Part shown: piece by piece, positions 18,384 to 28,815 of the stretch
Numbering within the stretch: the first letter of the stretch is position 1
Layout of the letters: each line of letters begins with the position of its first letter
Assembly (NCBI GenBank): GCA_963668315.1
Contig: OY764216.1
Coordinates: 4,096,001-4,160,000, forward strand
DNA length: 64,000 bases
DNA from: Spirochaetia bacterium
GTDB taxonomy: Bacteria > Spirochaetota > Spirochaetia > DSM-2461
Direction of reading: 5' to 3'
Notes under the pieces: generated by a model
Seen by the model: the letters and a program-made list of their open reading frames with translations, nothing else
Databases searched by the model: none
Told to the model about the DNA's origin: nothing
Made by a program: the position numbers and the translations under genes

Positions 18384-18992
18384 TTAGAGCGTCAGCAAAT
18401 CAAGGAGGATTTGAAAACGGCCGGCCACATATTCCTCAATGGAATATTCCCCGCTCTTTGTACACCACCTCTGGATCGACCCGAATAGGAAGTCCTGCAG
18501 AATATCGGCCAGAAGCCCCGGCTCCATCTCCCTGAATATCTCTCTCTCCTGCCCTTCCCGAACAATTTCATATATGGTCTGCCAGTGCTGATTGGATTCC
18601 ACCACGGCGGGATCGGGATTCTGCTCCAGAATGATCTTAAGAATCTCCCGGGAAAATTCATATCCCTGACGGGTGACGATTTTCACGTAGCAGCTGAGAA
18701 AATCCTGTATTTTCAGAACGGGATCGGTCTGGTTTTCCCAGGAGCGCTCGGCAAACATATCACGGTTGATGCTGGCGAGTATTTCGAAAAGGATATCCTT
18801 CTTCGAACTGAAATAGAGATAGAATGTCCCTTTGGCGACCCTGGCCTCTTTGCATATCTGGCTGATGGTCACCTGGCTGTAGCCCTGTTTCCTGATCATA
18901 TCCATGGCGAGCTGCCGTAATCTGCCCTTCGTATTTTCCGCCTGTAATTCTCTGCTTGATGGGGTCACAGGGGAATCATATAGGATTTGCAA
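18384..18992 (-). CDS. TetR/AcrR family transcriptional regulator
   Basis: HTH VTISQICKEARVAKGTFYLYFSSK. Start codon uncertain. Confidence 0.9.
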   Translation of the reverse strand: MQILYDSPVTPSSRELQAENTKGRLRQLAMDMIRKQGYSQVTISQICKEARVAKGTFYLYFSSKKDILFEILASINRDMFAERSWENQTDPVLKIQDFLSCYVKIVTRQGYEFSREILKIILEQNPDPAVVESNQHWQTIYEIVREGQEREIFREMEPGLLADILQDFLFGSIQRWCTKSGEYSIEEYVAGRFQILLDLLTL

Positions 18993-19088
18993 CTCCTTGA
19001 CAATGATTCCCCCTCTCCAAAGGAGTTAGGAGAAAAACCGCTTGACCGAAGGGGCGCTTTTTTCCATTATAGAGGCAGAGGAACCACG

Positions 19089-20189
19089 GTGAAAATAATC
19101 CGCAGCATACACGTTTTTTCCCCCCATGACATGGGGGTTAATGATATTCTGATCTGCCGTAACAGAATAGAGGAGATATCTCCCCATATTTCTATAAAAT
19201 ACAAGGAGCTGGAAGAAATTGACGGCACGGGGCTCATGGCTTTTCCCGGCCTGATTGACCAGCATGTGCATATTCTGGGAGGGGGCGGAGAAAAGGGGTT
19301 TGACAGCCGGATCCCGGAGATCGGGGCCGACGCTCTTTATAAGAGCGGAATCACCACGGCGGTGGGGCTTCTCGGAACCGATACGTCCACCAGAACGGTG
19401 AAATCCCTTTTGGCCAAGACGAAGGAACTGAGGCTGAAAGGGCTCTCGGCCTACTGCCTGACAGGCGGATACGCTTATCCTTCCCCCACGTTTACCGGCG
19501 ACATCCATGACGACATTGCCTATATCGATGAAATTCTCGGGCTCAAACTGGCCATGGCCGATCACCGGAGTTCCTATCCCACGGAGGAGGAACTGATTAA
19601 AGCCGCCTCCGCCGTCAGAAAAGCCGGTCTGCTATCGGGAAAAAAAAGCTATCTCCATATCCATATGGGCGATGATGAAAATCCCCTTAAGACGATAAAC
19701 TCCCTTTTGAGGAATACCTCTCTTCCCATCACTCTTTTTCACCCCACCCACTGCGCCAGAATGATGAATGATGCCATTGACTTCGGGAGGAAGGGCGGTT
19801 ATATCGATTTTACCGCCTCCGAAAACCCGGAGAGGACAGCCGATGAACTGGCGGAGATAAGCGGGGCCGTGGAGGACAGATCACTCATAACGCTCAGTAC
19901 CGATGCCAACGGCAGTCTCCCCCTCTGGAACAGCGAAGGGGAACTGGTCTCCTTTAAAGCCGCCTCGCCCCGTTCCCTGTTTGACTCGATAGGCTATCTT
20001 ATAACTTCGGGGAGAATGACGGTTCCCGAAGCTCTCTCCTTTGCCACGTCCCACGCAGCGGGAGCCATAGGTCTCTATCCGCAGAAGGGAACGCTCCGCC
20101 CGGGCAGCGACGGGGATATTCTTCTGGTGGATAGTAATTACACTATCCGGTCGGTGATAGCCGGAGGAATTTTCCTTTTACGGAATTGA
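19089..20189 (+). CDS. iadA: Beta-aspartyl peptidase (isoaspartyl dipeptidase)
   Basis: IDQHVHILGGGGE, GLLGTD, DHRSS, HPTH and STDANGSLP match IadA. Start moved to GTG 19089 (GAGG SD). Confidence 0.88.
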   Translation: MKIIRSIHVFSPHDMGVNDILICRNRIEEISPHISIKYKELEEIDGTGLMAFPGLIDQHVHILGGGGEKGFDSRIPEIGADALYKSGITTAVGLLGTDTSTRTVKSLLAKTKELRLKGLSAYCLTGGYAYPSPTFTGDIHDDIAYIDEILGLKLAMADHRSSYPTEEELIKAASAVRKAGLLSGKKSYLHIHMGDDENPLKTINSLLRNTSLPITLFHPTHCARMMNDAIDFGRKGGYIDFTASENPERTADELAEISGAVEDRSLITLSTDANGSLPLWNSEGELVSFKAASPRSLFDSIGYLITSGRMTVPEALSFATSHAAGAIGLYPQKGTLRPGSDGDILLVDSNYTIRSVIAGGIFLLRN

Positions 20190-20215
20190 ATATGAATATC
20201 TAAGGAGGTATTTAC

Positions 20216-21361
20216 ATGATTATTATAGCAAACGGAAACCTTATTACCTGTGCCGAAGAGAATTACGTCCAAAAAGACATACTCATCGAAGAGGGGAAAA
20301 TCCGTAAGATCGGCGATATAGACAAGGAGCTGTACTCAAAGGCCGAAGTCTTTGATGCCGAGGGCCGATACGTTACTCCCGGACTGATGGATCCCCACTG
20401 CCACATAGGTATTCTGGAAGAGGCGATCCGCCGGGAAGGGGCCGATGTCAACGAAACGACCGATCCCAGCACTCCCCATCTCAGGGGCTACGATGCGGTC
20501 TATCCCTTTGATGTGTCCTTCAAAGATGCCCTGGAAAACGGTGTGACTACCGTCGCCACCGGACCGGGAAGCGCCAATGTCATCGGCGGCGTCTTCTGTG
20601 TCCTGAAGACCGTGGGAACCAGCGTGGAGGAGATGACGGTAAAACAGGAATCGGCCATAAAAATGGCTCTGGGAGAGAACCCGAAGTTCTTCTACGGCGA
20701 TAAAAGCATGGCCCCCGCCACCAGAATGGCTTCGGCAGGAATCATGCGTACAGAACTGATCAAAGCCAGGGAGTATCATGAAAAACTGAAAAAAGAGGAG
20801 AGCAAGCCGGATTACGATCCCAAAATGGCCTCCCTCTGCCGTGTTTTCGACGGTTTTCCCGTAAAGATCCACGCCCACAGGACTGACGATATCCAGACGG
20901 CCATGAGAATAGCCGAGGAGTTCGGCCTGAATTACACCATTGAGCACTGTACCGAAGGCCATCTCATAGCCGACGAACTGGCCCGTAGGGGTGCCCGGGT
21001 CATTGTCGGGCCGTCCATGGGAACGAAATCAAAGTACGAACTGAGAAACAAGACATACAAAACCGCCGGCATTCTGGAAAAAGCGGGGGTCCCCTTCTCC
21101 CTTATGACCGATCATCCCGTTATGGCCCTGGCCGACACGAAAATACAGACGGCGCTCATGATCCGCGAAGGTCTTACAGAGCTGACCGCCCTTAAGGCCA
21201 TGACCATCAATCCGGCGCGTTTCAACGGCGTGGCCGACCGGGTCGGCAGCATTGAACCGGGCAAGGATGCGGACGTGGTAATCTGGACCCATAACCCCTT
21301 TGATGCCCAGTGCCGGGCTTCGAAAGTTTTTGTCAACGGAGAACTGGTCCACAGCCTGTAA
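20216..21361 (+). CDS. Amidohydrolase family protein
   Basis: PGLMDPHCH, KMALGENPK, HAHR, EHCTEG, TDHP motifs. AAGGAGG SD. Confidence 0.9.
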   Translation: MIIIANGNLITCAEENYVQKDILIEEGKIRKIGDIDKELYSKAEVFDAEGRYVTPGLMDPHCHIGILEEAIRREGADVNETTDPSTPHLRGYDAVYPFDVSFKDALENGVTTVATGPGSANVIGGVFCVLKTVGTSVEEMTVKQESAIKMALGENPKFFYGDKSMAPATRMASAGIMRTELIKAREYHEKLKKEESKPDYDPKMASLCRVFDGFPVKIHAHRTDDIQTAMRIAEEFGLNYTIEHCTEGHLIADELARRGARVIVGPSMGTKSKYELRNKTYKTAGILEKAGVPFSLMTDHPVMALADTKIQTALMIREGLTELTALKAMTINPARFNGVADRVGSIEPGKDADVVIWTHNPFDAQCRASKVFVNGELVHSL

Positions 21362-21480
21362 TCCGGGGTCGGTCAGTTGTAAACATCTTGAAAAAATGAT
21401 AGGATTCCCTGTCTTTACTCAAGGATTATTTCCTTGATGTAAAAATATTTAATTAGGATTATTTTTTCAAGATTACCATT

Positions 21481-22503
21481 ATGAACAAAGAGATTTTTAC
21501 AGAATATGAACTGGGCCGTCTTACCCTGAAAAACAGAATAGTACGGTCGGCGACCAACGAATACTGCGGGAATACGGACGGTTCCGTTTCGGAAAAACAG
21601 ATGGCCGTTTATGAGCGGCTGGCACAGAACAGTACGGGACTCATCGTTACCGGGAATTTCTATATCGAACCGAAGGGAATGAACGATGAAACGCAGAACA
21701 GTCTGGCCGCCGGCTACTCCCCGGCCTCGGTGAAAGAGCTGACCACCCGTGTCCATCGGGCGGGAGCGCCCCTTATAGCCCAGATCAATCATGCGGGCTG
21801 CCAGTCCAAAAACCGTCCCGACGCCCGGGAAGATTACGCCGCGCCGTCCCTTCTGGACCATGGGGAGATAGAACGGATAGCCGGGCTTTTCGCCGATGCG
21901 GCTCAGAGGGCCGCCGACTGCGGATTCGACGGTGTTCAGCTTCACTGCGGACACGGCTACCTTCTCTCCCGCTTTATCGATCCCGCCACGAACGACAGGA
22001 CCGATGAGTTCGGCGGTCCCATTGAAAACCGCTTCGCCTTTGCCGAGCTTATTCTGAAAAAGATGAGAGCCCGCCTGGGAGAGGACTACCCCCTTCTTAT
22101 CAAGATCAACAGCAACACCTCGGCGGAATACGACTTCACTCCCGATCTTCTCTCTGTAGCCCGAACTTGCGAAAAGCTGAATATCACCGCCGTGGAACTG
22201 AGCGGCCACGACTTCATCACGATGAAAAGGGACCGGCACAACTATTATACCGAAGCGCTGAAAGCGGTTAGAGGGAAGTGTTCGATTCCCCTGATCCTTA
22301 CGGGAGGAATCCGCAGCATCGATGATTTTGCCGCCGCTCTTGATGACGGCGCCGATCTGGTCGGAATCAGCCGTCCCCTGATCTGCGAGCCCGATTTTGT
22401 CACCCGCCTTGAGAAGGACCACGGGTATAAGAGCCGATGCATCAGCTGCAACAAGTGCTTCACTCTCTACAAGGAGAAGGGAAAACACTGCGTTTTCCAT
22501 TAA
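21481..22503 (+). CDS. NADH:flavin oxidoreductase (Old Yellow Enzyme family)
   Basis: LKNRIVRSAT, QINHAG, FDGVQLHCGHGYLL, NDRTDEFGG, C-terminal CISCNKC. Confidence 0.9.
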   Translation: MNKEIFTEYELGRLTLKNRIVRSATNEYCGNTDGSVSEKQMAVYERLAQNSTGLIVTGNFYIEPKGMNDETQNSLAAGYSPASVKELTTRVHRAGAPLIAQINHAGCQSKNRPDAREDYAAPSLLDHGEIERIAGLFADAAQRAADCGFDGVQLHCGHGYLLSRFIDPATNDRTDEFGGPIENRFAFAELILKKMRARLGEDYPLLIKINSNTSAEYDFTPDLLSVARTCEKLNITAVELSGHDFITMKRDRHNYYTEALKAVRGKCSIPLILTGGIRSIDDFAAALDDGADLVGISRPLICEPDFVTRLEKDHGYKSRCISCNKCFTLYKEKGKHCVFH

Positions 22504-22524
22504 AAAAAGCGGGCCGAAGCCCGC
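22502..22524 (-). terminator. Terminator between convergent genes
   Basis: GCGGGC-CGAA-GCCCGC (UUCG loop on the minus strand) with a 7-T tail on the minus strand. Confidence 0.7.
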
Positions 22525-22569
22525 CTGGAGAATGTCAACTCCGCCCGATGTTTCAGGGCGGATATATAA

Positions 22570-23961
22570 TTAAACCGGTTTAGCCTCCCGGTATATAAAC
22601 TTACCCCCCGAAGCGTTCTCCACGGTTTTACCGTCTTTGGCGATCACTTCGCCCCTTCTCAGGGTCATCACGGGCCAGCCTTTGATTTTCCGTCCTTCAT
22701 AGAGGGACCAGTCGGCAAAAATCGGCAGCAGATTGGGAGTGATGACGGCTTCCTTTTCCAGATCGACCAGAATCAGGTCGGCATCGCTTCCTTCCAGAAT
22801 CGCGCCCTTTTTCGGATAGAGGTTGTAGGTTTTCGCCGTATTGGCCGACGTGATCTCGGCAATTTTCTGCAGGGATAGGCCGCGGTTGTAATAGCCTTCG
22901 CTCAGCACGATGGGGAACATGAACTCCGCTCCGCCGAATCCCAGGGCGCACTTGTCTATGGCATATCCCCTGGCGAACTTCTCATCCCAGTTAATGGAGA
23001 CATGATCCGTTCCGATATAGGTGATGATTCCCTTTTTAATGCCTTCCCAGAGGGCGTCGTTATCGGCCTTGTGCCTGAGGGGCGGCTTGACGATTCCCCC
23101 CAGTTCCTTGGGATTATCCACCGTCTCGACCAGGTAGTGGGGACAGGTTTCTATATGCATATTCTCCCTGTCGAACCAGGGAAGATTTTCCAGGGCCTCC
23201 ACACTTTCACGGGCGCTGCAGTGCACAACGGCCATCTTGGCATCGAACTGTTTGGCCAGATAGGTCGTCCTTATGATATTTTCTGTCTCCACGATTCCCG
23301 GATTCCACTTGTCATAAAACTCCAGATGGTCCTGATCCTCCACATGGGCGTACTGCTTTTTAAAATACTTGCCCATTTCCACGTTTTCGCAATGGATAAG
23401 CAGCATCAGGTCCTTGGAAATGGTATTCATTTTCTCGTAGATATCCATAAGCAGCTCATCGTCGAAGGAAATATCCGTTCCGTAGCGGGATTTTTCCAAT
23501 CCTTTGTAACCGAGGAAAAGCTTGTAGGATGTGATTCCCAGGTCTTTCACATAGGATTCCATCTCTTCCAGATGTTCACGGGTCATGACGCCCAGATGAA
23601 AACAGAAATCAATGATGCCGTTCTCTTCCCCGATTTTTTTCTCTTCGGGAACCTGTTCCTTATAGCTTCTTGTGCTTCTGACAAAATTGACGATCGTCGT
23701 CATACCGCCGATGGCCGAAGACCGGGTGGTGATGCGATAATCCTTCGCCAGGCGCTCCTGATCTCCGTAAACGCCGTAGTGGCTGTGGCCGTCGATGGCT
23801 CCGGGGAAGATATGCTTGCCCGCCGCATCAATGATTTCGGCCCCTTCGCAGCTGAGATTCACCCCCAGTTCGGCGATCTTGCCGTCCTTTATGGCTATAT
23901 CGCACTCTTTGATCCCTTCATAGGGGATAACCACTTTTCCCTTCTTGATGATTGTATCCAT
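22570..23961 (-). CDS. Cyclic amidohydrolase (dihydropyrimidinase/allantoinase/dihydroorotase family)
   Basis: DGHSH, GGMTT, SYKLF (carbamylated Lys), HCEN, ETCPHYL, PPLR, GTDH. ATG 23961 overlaps the upstream stop. Confidence 0.9.
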   Translation of the reverse strand: MDTIIKKGKVVIPYEGIKECDIAIKDGKIAELGVNLSCEGAEIIDAAGKHIFPGAIDGHSHYGVYGDQERLAKDYRITTRSSAIGGMTTIVNFVRSTRSYKEQVPEEKKIGEENGIIDFCFHLGVMTREHLEEMESYVKDLGITSYKLFLGYKGLEKSRYGTDISFDDELLMDIYEKMNTISKDLMLLIHCENVEMGKYFKKQYAHVEDQDHLEFYDKWNPGIVETENIIRTTYLAKQFDAKMAVVHCSARESVEALENLPWFDRENMHIETCPHYLVETVDNPKELGGIVKPPLRHKADNDALWEGIKKGIITYIGTDHVSINWDEKFARGYAIDKCALGFGGAEFMFPIVLSEGYYNRGLSLQKIAEITSANTAKTYNLYPKKGAILEGSDADLILVDLEKEAVITPNLLPIFADWSLYEGRKIKGWPVMTLRRGEVIAKDGKTVENASGGKFIYREAKPV

Positions 23962-24665
23962 TATGCTTTCTCCCCCAGTCCTTCGACATAAGCCTTGGCA
24001 TCTTCCACGCTCAGAAGGTCGGCATATTTCATCCACATATCCAGAAGGCTCACCCTGTGGGAAAGCTCGATTCTGTCAAAGAGACATTCGTAGAGAACGC
24101 CCACCTTATAGTTAAGGGAAGCCGCGTCGACCACAGCGCCCCGAACGCATCCGGAAGTGACGCCGCCGCATATCAGCAGGGTGTTCACGTCAAGCTGATT
24201 CAGATATTTGATAATGGGCGTCCCGCTGAAAATACTGGCGCTCGTCTTCTCGATCACGATATCCGTATCCTGGACATTCACCTCTTTTACCAGCTCCGTA
24301 TTGGGATGGCCGTCCACATAGCCGGAACGGTCGCGGCTGGATTTGCGGGCAAAACCGTCAAACTGCAGATACTTGGCAATCTGGCGGGTAAATATCACGG
24401 GCAGTCCCTTTTCCCGGAAAAGTTCGATAACGGGTACGGCCTTTTCCACGGCGGCCCATGCCCTGTCGCCTACTCCGGTGGGGTATTTATCGAGCTGATC
24501 CAGGATAGGCCCCCGGTCGCCCACATAATTGGGCTGGGGATCCACGACCAGAAGAGCCGGTCTCTGTCCCAGTCCGCGGGGATTACCGAATCCCCCCTTC
24601 TTAATGACTTCCGCGTCGTCGCCGATCAGCAGATCGCTCCAGATATCTTCCACTTTCATGGTCAA
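23961..24665 (-). CDS. Isochorismatase-family cysteine hydrolase (maleamate/N-carbamoylsarcosine amidase-like)
   Basis: RPALLVVD, EKTSASIF and TSGCV give an Asp-Lys-Cys triad. Confidence 0.88.
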   Translation of the reverse strand: MTMKVEDIWSDLLIGDDAEVIKKGGFGNPRGLGQRPALLVVDPQPNYVGDRGPILDQLDKYPTGVGDRAWAAVEKAVPVIELFREKGLPVIFTRQIAKYLQFDGFARKSSRDRSGYVDGHPNTELVKEVNVQDTDIVIEKTSASIFSGTPIIKYLNQLDVNTLLICGGVTSGCVRGAVVDAASLNYKVGVLYECLFDRIELSHRVSLLDMWMKYADLLSVEDAKAYVEGLGEKA

Positions 24666-26140
24666 ACCTCCTTGGTTTCCAATAGTAAATTATTTATTTC
24701 ATCGTCGTCCTCCCGGGATTCCCGCGGGGATACCCGCAGATAGGACCCGGCGATGGCGACCAGAATCAGACAGAAAAGAACAATGAACGCCAGGCGGAAC
24801 CCCCGGCTTATCAGGGCCATGTCATTTCCGGCGAGCTCTGCCTTGGCCCCGTCGTAGACCGCGCCCTTCAGGCGGGCGGGCAGGCCGGATGTCACCACCA
24901 TGAGGGAAAGGGCCGTACTGATGACGGTACCCATATTCTGGATCATGGAGCGCATGCCGTTGGCGATACCCCGGCGGTTCACCGGTACGGTCAGCATGAT
25001 GGATTTGGTATTGGGCGTCATGAAAACGCCCGATCCGAAGCCGATCAGAAACTGCCCCGCCGCGATAAAGGGAAAACTGGCGCCGGGATGCATATTTAGG
25101 ATCAGAAACAGCATGCCCAGAGCCGCAAGGGCGAGCCCCGAAGTGGACAGTTTCACCGTACTGTATTTCCGGCTGAGCACTCCCACCAGGGGCGAGGCGA
25201 TCAGCATACCCAGGGTGATGGGCAGAACCTTGAGCCCCGCGCCGAAGGTGTTCTCCTTATCCATGACCTGGAAAAAGAGAGCGATAAGGAGCACCACCGA
25301 AGAACGGGCCAGGGAATTCAGGAAGTTGGAGAAGTTTGCCATGCAGTATTCCCGGTTCCTGAAGAGATTGAAATCGATGGTGGGACAGGAAGTCCGTTTT
25401 TCCCAATAGATGAATACAATTGTAAAGACGGCAAAAAGGACCAGTCCGGCTATGACCGAAGGAGCCTTCCAGCCGACAACCCCTCCCTGGGAGAGGGAGA
25501 AGATAAAGCCGCCCAATCCCAGAAAAATACAGAGATTCCCGAAGTAATCGATCTTTTCATCCAGGATGCGTCCCCGGGAAGGCTTGAGAATGAGAAGGCC
25601 CAGGATAAATCCCAGCAGCCCCAAAGGCACGTTGAACCAGAACACCCAGCGCCAGCCCAGGCGGTAAACGAGCAGTCCCCCGATAACCGGCCCCAGCAGC
25701 TGGGAAGCGGAGGAAACCAGTACATTAATACCCAGTGCCACCCCCAGATCCTTTTCAGGGAAGGAATCGGTGATATAGGGTGTCGTGTTTGTCACGACCA
25801 GAGCCCCGCCCACGGCCTGAAGAACACGCAGAACGATTAAAAGCCCAACGGAGTTGACAAATCCGCATAAGAAGCTGACAAGAGTCACCAGCCCCAGACC
25901 GGCCAGATAGAGCTTCCGCCTGCCGAAGATGTCCGCCGTCTTCCCGAATACCAGGATCAGGATGGAATTGACCAGCATATAGGAGAGAAGAATCCAGTTG
26001 GTCGCCAGCGGTCCGGCATGAAAAAAGCTGGAAATAACCGGCAGCACCACGTTGAGAGAGCTCATATTCAGAAAAACGACCATGACTCCCAGACTGGTGA
26101 CGATCAGAAGATGCCAGGGATATTTTGAATCCTCCATCAA
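24662..26140 (-). CDS. MFS transporter, DHA2/EmrB-like
   Basis: GKTADIFGRRK motif A, WRWVFWFNVP, ~14 TM segments. Confidence 0.9.
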   Translation of the reverse strand: MMEDSKYPWHLLIVTSLGVMVVFLNMSSLNVVLPVISSFFHAGPLATNWILLSYMLVNSILILVFGKTADIFGRRKLYLAGLGLVTLVSFLCGFVNSVGLLIVLRVLQAVGGALVVTNTTPYITDSFPEKDLGVALGINVLVSSASQLLGPVIGGLLVYRLGWRWVFWFNVPLGLLGFILGLLILKPSRGRILDEKIDYFGNLCIFLGLGGFIFSLSQGGVVGWKAPSVIAGLVLFAVFTIVFIYWEKRTSCPTIDFNLFRNREYCMANFSNFLNSLARSSVVLLIALFFQVMDKENTFGAGLKVLPITLGMLIASPLVGVLSRKYSTVKLSTSGLALAALGMLFLILNMHPGASFPFIAAGQFLIGFGSGVFMTPNTKSIMLTVPVNRRGIANGMRSMIQNMGTVISTALSLMVVTSGLPARLKGAVYDGAKAELAGNDMALISRGFRLAFIVLFCLILVAIAGSYLRVSPRESREDDDEINNLLLETKEV

Positions 26141-27495
26141 GTCTCCTCCGATCTGTCGGGAGAGCAGAGGTGAATCAGTGAAAGCATATCTTTCTCTTCT
26201 TCCAGATTCCAGATGGTTGTGAGGATCTCTTTCTGCCGTTCCGGGGTATAAACCGATTTGGTCAGCTGCCGGAATTTTTCCTCAATCTCCTCTATGGAAA
26301 GGGGAACGCCCGGTCCTCCCTTGGCGATGGAACAGCTGCGGCGGAACTCCTTCCCCCCTCTCGTTACAACGGTCACGTAGGCCGGCATTTCGGTGGGATA
26401 ATTTTTCTCGCACTCTTCTGTGGCCACCACTTCGGTCAGGGAGGCGATTTTACGCACGCGGGTATCTTCAAACAGGTGAGGAGCAAAGCAGTCCTGATCC
26501 GGTTCCCCCCCATAGCACAGGATCCCCAGAGCGTAGGGGATGGAAAATTTGGCCGCCAGAACATTCTTCGGATCGGTACTGCACAGCCCGGCCGCCCGGC
26601 TGTATGTCTCTACTTTTATGGATGCTATATCATCGGGGCAGACCCCATCCTTCTCCAGGATCTCCTTCATGGCATCAATGGGAGCATGGCTGTATCGGCA
26701 GAACGCATAGGGTTTGAAGTAGTTGTCCCTGATCTCCCATTTGCCGTAATCCTTTTCCAGAGGCAGCGTATCCAGCCCTTTTCCCAGAGCCTCGGTGAAA
26801 ACATATGTCAGATTGTCCCGGGGCGCGGTAAAACCGGCTTCCACCATTTCGGGAAGGGCGATGGCCGCTTCGGCGCAGTGGCCCATGTAGGCGTTCCTGA
26901 CCAGAGCTCCCTCCAGAGCTGCGGTCCACATGGTGGGCAGGGCAAAGCTGGCGCTCATAAGGAGCCCTTCGGCAAAGGCTTCATCATCGGTTTCCGCCAG
27001 AAGCATGGCCGCCGCCGCGGCTCCGGCGACACCCCATCCCCCGTGACCGTGGGCCTGGGGATTCAGGGTAACCGCCCGGCCGAAACGGGAGGACACCTCG
27101 TAACCGGCCAGCAGATATTCCAGAAATGTCTTCCCCGGAACGGAGCGGCCCTGAACGCGGGTAAGAAGGGTGGGAATGACATGGGCGCCGGGATGCCCCT
27201 TGCTCCACTGGTGTCCCTCGTCCATCTCGGTGGCCACGGACCCGCATCCGTTCATAAAGGCCGCCTCCTTCGCGCTGAGGGAGACGGGAGTCCCGATAAC
27301 CGCAAAGGGGCCGTCCTCCCATCCCTTCCTCTTCTCCTGAAGAGCCCGGTTTTCCGGTGTATTGTTACCGAAAACAAGGGCGCCGAGGGAATCTATCAGT
27401 GTCAGTTTCAACGCTTCCCGGGTTTCCCTGTCGCAGGTTTCCCAGGAGGCGGATCTTATCCGTTTAATCAATGGTTTTAAATCAATCATCATCAC
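26137..27495 (-). CDS. MmgE/PrpD family protein
   Basis: AAFMNG, GHPG, GYEV, YFKPYAFCRYSH, AKFSIPY, EEKF. Confidence 0.9.
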   Translation of the reverse strand: MMMIDLKPLIKRIRSASWETCDRETREALKLTLIDSLGALVFGNNTPENRALQEKRKGWEDGPFAVIGTPVSLSAKEAAFMNGCGSVATEMDEGHQWSKGHPGAHVIPTLLTRVQGRSVPGKTFLEYLLAGYEVSSRFGRAVTLNPQAHGHGGWGVAGAAAAAMLLAETDDEAFAEGLLMSASFALPTMWTAALEGALVRNAYMGHCAEAAIALPEMVEAGFTAPRDNLTYVFTEALGKGLDTLPLEKDYGKWEIRDNYFKPYAFCRYSHAPIDAMKEILEKDGVCPDDIASIKVETYSRAAGLCSTDPKNVLAAKFSIPYALGILCYGGEPDQDCFAPHLFEDTRVRKIASLTEVVATEECEKNYPTEMPAYVTVVTRGGKEFRRSCSIAKGGPGVPLSIEEIEEKFRQLTKSVYTPERQKEILTTIWNLEEEKDMLSLIHLCSPDRSEET

Positions 27496-28814
27496 GCCCC
27501 TAGCAGCGGCAGCAGCTCGTTCATATCCTCGATAGTTTCAAGCCGCTCCACCAGGTCAATTATTTTTTCCCTGCGGGACTCATCCCAGAGGAAAGAGGTC
27601 ATTCCATGGAATTTCTCTTTAAGTTCTTCATCGCTCAGGGGAAGAGAAAAATCCCCCTTGATCTCGGTAATCATCAGTTCCATGGGTTCCTTTTCTTTCC
27701 TGATGACTTTGATCCTCATGGCCCTCGTATCGGGCAGCCACGAATTGAGTTCTTCATCCTCCCGGACGGAGATCTTTCCGGCCAGGTCTCTTATCTCTGT
27801 GTCTCTGATAACGGGAAAGGTCATCTCTTCGGCCGTAACCTGTCCCCTGAGCAGCATGGCCGCCGCCGTAAAGGGGATGGAAAAGCGGGCGGAAAGGATC
27901 TGGTCGGGGCGGGTTTCCCTTAGCATAGCGGCCGCTTTATAGGCCTCCACTTCGATTCGCTCCACCTCGCAGGCTTTCAGTCCCTGAGCCATAAGCTCCT
28001 TGAGGCCGTCCAGCACGCCGTGGGTATAACGGCAGCTCGGATAGAGCTTCATATAATTTTTTTCAATATAAAGAAGCCCCCGCTCCGTTTCGCCCAGCTT
28101 TTTTCCGTCCAGAGCGGTTCCCAGGATCTCCGTAAACAGGGAAACGACCACTTCCGGTTCGCTGAAGATTCCCGTTTCCACCATGGCCGGTACCATAAGA
28201 CCGTGAAGATTGCTGAGTCCCACATAGGCGTCGCGCACATTGGCCCCGGCGAAGACGCTGGCCCAGGCGGTGGGCATGGGAATACTGTTGGCCAGGATCA
28301 GGGCCTTATGGATAAACTCCCGGCTCCTGCCTTGCAGCTTCGAAACGGCCGCCGCCGCGCTGGCCGTTCCCCAGTTGCCGTGGGGATGGACTTTCGCGGT
28401 CAGGGAAACCGCGCTTCCCCACAGAACCGCCGTCTCGTAGGCGGCCACCATAACGGTAAGGAAATCCTTTCCCGAATAGCGGCCTTTCCGGATTTCTGAG
28501 AGCAGAGCCGGAAGAAAATGGGAGGCCGGATGCCCCTTGGCAAACTGATTCCCCTCATCCAGTTCTGTGGAAACCATAGCCGTTCCGTTCAGGAAGGCGG
28601 CCCACTCCCCCGAAGCGGTTCCCTCTTTTCCCACGACGCAGGAAGGGCCCTCTCCCAGGCTTTCCGGACTTTTCAGCAGAGCCGATCCGGCGGCCATGGC
28701 GGCCAGGGAATCGAGAAGCACCCGCTTTGCCGAGGCGATGATATTCTTATTCAAATTCTCAAACCGGAGGGATTCAATCCATTGAGCCTGTGCTTCAAGT
28801 GCTTCTTTAATCAT
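27492..28814 (-). CDS. MmgE/PrpD family protein
   Basis: AAFLNG, GHPA, AYE, KLYPSCRYTH, ARFSIPF, KEKF. Confidence 0.9.
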   Translation of the reverse strand: MIKEALEAQAQWIESLRFENLNKNIIASAKRVLLDSLAAMAAGSALLKSPESLGEGPSCVVGKEGTASGEWAAFLNGTAMVSTELDEGNQFAKGHPASHFLPALLSEIRKGRYSGKDFLTVMVAAYETAVLWGSAVSLTAKVHPHGNWGTASAAAAVSKLQGRSREFIHKALILANSIPMPTAWASVFAGANVRDAYVGLSNLHGLMVPAMVETGIFSEPEVVVSLFTEILGTALDGKKLGETERGLLYIEKNYMKLYPSCRYTHGVLDGLKELMAQGLKACEVERIEVEAYKAAAMLRETRPDQILSARFSIPFTAAAMLLRGQVTAEEMTFPVIRDTEIRDLAGKISVREDEELNSWLPDTRAMRIKVIRKEKEPMELMITEIKGDFSLPLSDEELKEKFHGMTSFLWDESRREKIIDLVERLETIEDMNELLPLLGA

Positions 28815-28815
28815 T

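Noticed and set aside
21415..22500. 361-aa minus-strand ORF
   Set aside because: Antisense to the well-supported OYE gene.
26137..28814. Methylcitrate cycle (prpD)
   Set aside because: No prpB/prpC/acnD nearby, and the context is amidohydrolases and transporters.
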